From Salinicola corii (GTDB lineage: Bacteria; Pseudomonadota; Gammaproteobacteria; Pseudomonadales; Halomonadaceae): 32,000 bases of DNA. Position numbers and translations under genes: made by a program. The first letter of the stretch is position 1; each line of letters opens with the position of its first letter. The stretch is from assembly GCF_008298015.1 (NCBI RefSeq), contig NZ_VTPX01000003.1, positions 36,290 to 68,289 of the forward strand, read 5' to 3'. Positions 29,232 to 32,000 of this stretch are shown piece after piece. The notes below the pieces were generated by a model, which did no database searches, was not told the origin of the DNA, and saw only the letters and a list, made by a program, of their open reading frames with translations.

Positions 29232-29915
29232 ATGGGTGGAGTACAGCAATTTTCGCAGGTGTTCCTCGACCCTGCGATCATCAACCAGTATTGGCCGGCC
29301 ATCGCCGGGGGCCTACGGGTGACGTTGGGGCTAGCGGCCGCGATCGTCGTGGTCGGCATCAGCGCCGGGCTGTTGCTCGCGTGTCTGCGCTGTGCCGGAA
29401 TCCGGTCCTTGAATGCGTTAATTATCGCTTTCGCCGACATCTGGAGAGCCTTGCCGCCGCTGGTCGTCATTCTGATCTTCTATTTTGGCCTGCCAGGCAT
29501 CGGTATTACCTTTTCGGCTTGGATGGTCCTGTTTCTCACGCTGAGCCTGGTCTTGGCAGCCTTCTCCGAGGAGATTTTCTGGGCAGGTATTCGTGCCGTG
29601 GATCGCGGTCAATGGGAAGCGGCGAGTGCCAGTGGAATGCGTGCTATCACGGTACTGATCTGGATCGTACTCCCCCAGGCCATGCGAATGTCAATGCCGT
29701 CATTGACCAACCGCGCCATCGCCATCACCAAGATGACCGCGCTCGGCACGGTCATCGGTGTTCCCGAGATACTGTATCAAGCATCTAGCGCGCAATCGTT
29801 CTCCGGTAGCGCCACGCCATTGACGATGGGAGCGCTGGCCTATGTTGCGCTGTTCCTGCCGTTCGTGATTTTGGGGCGCTGGCTAGAATCGAGAATGAAT
29901 TGGCGGAGACACTGA
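29232..29915 (+). CDS. Amino-acid ABC transporter permease (HisM/GlnP type)
   Basis: GGLRVTLGLAAAIVVVGISAGLLLACLRC, FADIWRALPPLVVILIFYFGLPGIG and EEIFWAGIRAVDRGQWEAASASGMRA (EAA loop). Confidence 0.93.
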   Translation: MGGVQQFSQVFLDPAIINQYWPAIAGGLRVTLGLAAAIVVVGISAGLLLACLRCAGIRSLNALIIAFADIWRALPPLVVILIFYFGLPGIGITFSAWMVLFLTLSLVLAAFSEEIFWAGIRAVDRGQWEAASASGMRAITVLIWIVLPQAMRMSMPSLTNRAIAITKMTALGTVIGVPEILYQASSAQSFSGSATPLTMGALAYVALFLPFVILGRWLESRMNWRRH

Positions 29916-29916
29916 G

Positions 29917-30582
29917 ATGGATAATTTCGTTGACCAATTCTTCAATCTCGATTTGATGTGGCAGTCACTGCCTCTGCTCATGAAAGGGCTTGGGGTCACA
30001 CTACAGATCTGTGTCGTCGTGATCGTGCTGGGCGGGCTGGGTGGGTTGTTGCTGGCGGTCGCCAGTGACAGTCGGCGTCTCTGGCTGCGCTGGCCGACGA
30101 TCGTCTATGTCGATTTCTTCCGTGCGGTCCCCCCTCTGGTGCTGCTGATATTCGTCTATTCGGGTATGCCGTTCGCGGGGGTGAATCTCTCACCCTATGC
30201 GGCTGTGATACTGGCCTTTCTTCTCAATAATTCCGCTTATTACAGCGAAGTCTACAGAGCGGGACTGCAGTCCATACCGCCGGGTCAAATCGAGGCATCC
30301 CGCTCAACGGGAATGAGTCGACTGCAGACCATGACCTGGGTGGTGATGCCGCAAGCGGTGCGTAACGTACTACCGGATCTTCTCTCGAATACGGTGGAGG
30401 TGGTCAAGCTGACATCGCTGGCCAGTGTCGCTTCACTCGGCGACTTACTCTATCGAGCGGATATGACACGCTCCATGAGTTACAACTCCTCTCCGATCGT
30501 GCTAGCAGCACTGATCTATCTGATACTCCTGTGGCCTCTGGTCCGTATGGTGAGCCGATTCGAACGTAAGCAGAGCCAGTGA
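29917..30582 (+). CDS. Amino-acid ABC transporter permease, second subunit
   Basis: LPLLMKGLGVTLQICVVVIVLGGLGGLLLAV, YVDFFRAVPPLVLLIFVYSG and SEVYRAGLQSIPPGQIEASRSTGMSRLQTM (EAA loop). It starts 1 nt after the first permease stop. Confidence 0.93.
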   Translation: MDNFVDQFFNLDLMWQSLPLLMKGLGVTLQICVVVIVLGGLGGLLLAVASDSRRLWLRWPTIVYVDFFRAVPPLVLLIFVYSGMPFAGVNLSPYAAVILAFLLNNSAYYSEVYRAGLQSIPPGQIEASRSTGMSRLQTMTWVVMPQAVRNVLPDLLSNTVEVVKLTSLASVASLGDLLYRADMTRSMSYNSSPIVLAALIYLILLWPLVRMVSRFERKQSQ

Positions 30583-30678
30583 GCGATCTGGCCGTAGTGC
30601 CATTGCTCGTCGTGGCCATGGCGGGGAGTGGGGCGGCGTCCGTCCCACAACGATCGTGATAAAGGCAAGGAAACAGTG

Positions 30679-31599
30679 ATGCGTAAATGGGTAATTGGTG
30701 GCGCTCAAATGGGAGCGATTCAGAAGAACGATAGCCGCGAGCGTGTCGTCGAACGTATGGTGTCGCTGCTTGACCAGGCCGTGAAGGAGGGATGCGATCT
30801 CGTCGTCTTTCCGGAACTGGCGCTCACGACATTCTTCCCGCGCTGGTACATGGAAGATCAGGCCGAGGTCGACACCTGGTTCGAGCGAGAGATGCCGAAC
30901 GCCGCCACGCAACCGTTGTTCGACCGCGCTCGAGAGCACCGTATCGCTATCTCGTTCGGCTATGCCGAGCTGACACCGGAAGGGCGCCATTTCAATACTT
31001 CCATCTTAACCAACCGTCAGGGCGAGATCGTCGGCAAGTATCGCAAGGTGCATCTGCCTGGGCACGTCGAGTACGACACCGAGCGGGACTTCCAGCATCT
31101 CGAGAAGCGCTATTTCGAACCCGGTGACCTGGGCTTCGAGACCTTCGACAACGAAGGCACGCTGATGGGCATGTGCATCTGTAACGATCGCCGCTGGCCG
31201 GAAACCTGGCGCGTCATGGGATTGCAGGGGGTCGAGCTGGTGATGCTCGGCTACAACACGCCGTCGGTGAACTCCCAGAACCGAGGGGAGGGACTGGCGC
31301 AGCGCCTCTACCACTCCGAGCTCTCCGTCACGGCGGGGGCCTACCAGAATGCGACCTGGGCGGTGGCGGTGGCCAAGGCGGGCGTCGAGGATGGTTTTCC
31401 GCTGATGGGCGGTACGATCATCGTCGACCCGGATGGCTTCGTCGTCGCGCGTACCCAGGGGGAGGGTGATGAACTGATCACCGCGGGATGCGATATGGAG
31501 CGCTGTCAGTTCGGCAAGAAGACCATCTTCGATTTTGCGCGTCATCGTCGCATCGAACATTACGGGCGAATTACCTCGCAGACGGGCGTCGAGCGCTAG
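30679..31599 (+). CDS. N-carbamoyl-D-amino-acid hydrolase (nitrilase superfamily)
   Basis: VVFPELALTTFFPRWYMEDQAEVDTWFEREMP, GKYRKVHLPGH, FQHLEKRYFEPGDLGF and MCICNDRRWPETWRVMGLQG (catalytic E-K-C) closely resemble remembered Agrobacterium D-carbamoylases. The start at 30679 has AAGG upstream. Confidence 0.92.
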   Translation: MRKWVIGGAQMGAIQKNDSRERVVERMVSLLDQAVKEGCDLVVFPELALTTFFPRWYMEDQAEVDTWFEREMPNAATQPLFDRAREHRIAISFGYAELTPEGRHFNTSILTNRQGEIVGKYRKVHLPGHVEYDTERDFQHLEKRYFEPGDLGFETFDNEGTLMGMCICNDRRWPETWRVMGLQGVELVMLGYNTPSVNSQNRGEGLAQRLYHSELSVTAGAYQNATWAVAVAKAGVEDGFPLMGGTIIVDPDGFVVARTQGEGDELITAGCDMERCQFGKKTIFDFARHRRIEHYGRITSQTGVER

Positions 31600-31663
31600 C
31601 GGTTGCCGCGATGAAGGCCGCTTTCCCGAGAACGACAATAACGGCAATCGCCGAGGTGCGGAC

Positions 31664-32000
31664 ATGATCGAGCGCTACGACACCCTGCTGCGCAATGGCA
31701 CCGTCGTCGACCCCGCCAACGGGGTGCACGAGATCCGGGACATTGCGCTACGCGACGGAAAAATCGTCGAGGTGGCGTCGTCCATTGCCGGTGGGGCAAG
31801 ACGCGAGCACGATCTGACGGGGTTGCTGGTCATGCCGGGTATCGTCGACATGCACGTGCATCTCTCGCCCTTTCTGGGTGGAGGATGCGGTCATCGCATG
31901 CTGGCGCTGGCGGGCGTGACCACGGCGCTGGATATGGCCGGGCCCATCGAGGGCGTCGTCGATCTGGCGGTCCGTCACGGTTGCGGGCTGAGCATCGCCT
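31664..32000 (+). CDS. Second amidohydrolase (dihydroorotase/hydantoinase-like), N-terminal part; continues past the right edge
   Basis: Not in the ORF track because it has no stop in the window. My translation is MIERYDTLLRNGTVVDPANGVHEIRDIALRDGKIVEV...LLVMPGIVDMHVHLSPFLGGGCGHRMLALAGVTTALDMAGP, with a metal-binding HVH and the N-terminal beta-sandwich typical of amidohydrolases. Confidence 0.85.
   Translation, partial: MIERYDTLLRNGTVVDPANGVHEIRDIALRDGKIVEVASSIAGGARREHDLTGLLVMPGIVDMHVHLSPFLGGGCGHRMLALAGVTTALDMAGPIEGVVDLAVRHGCGLSIA

Overview
This window is high-GC and looks gammaproteobacterial, possibly Halomonadaceae-like (inference from gene content). From left to right it holds: (1) the end of a TRAP transporter, with a DctM fragment and a DctP-type binding protein; (2) two tandem YefM/YoeB-type toxin-antitoxin modules; (3) a minus-strand, tightly coupled six-gene capsule/lipid operon at 3061-17648; (4) a small IS3-type transposase remnant; (5) ligB, prc and an M18 aminopeptidase; (6) a D-hydantoin/N-carbamoyl-D-amino-acid catabolic cluster with a LysR regulator and a polar-amino-acid-type ABC transporter, running off the right edge into a second amidohydrolase. 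The most interesting item is the capsule operon. It encodes KpsC-like, KpsS/RkpJ-like, RkpH-like SDR, RkpI/LTA-synthase-like, RkpA-like highly reducing type I PKS (about 2530 aa) and RkpG-like alpha-oxoamine synthase proteins. The PKS has no visible thioesterase. Together with the alpha-oxoamine synthase and SDR it has the logic of a sphinganine-analogue pathway (as in the fumonisin genes), and the LTA-synthase-like and KpsS/KpsC enzymes suggest a non-canonical, lyso-PG-mimicking capsule lipid anchor. A second sequence-level observation is a set of three 13-bp T-N11-A motifs (TAACA-N3-TGTTA) flanking the LysR gene, which look like operators for the hydantoin regulon. No tRNA, rRNA or CRISPR array was recognised.
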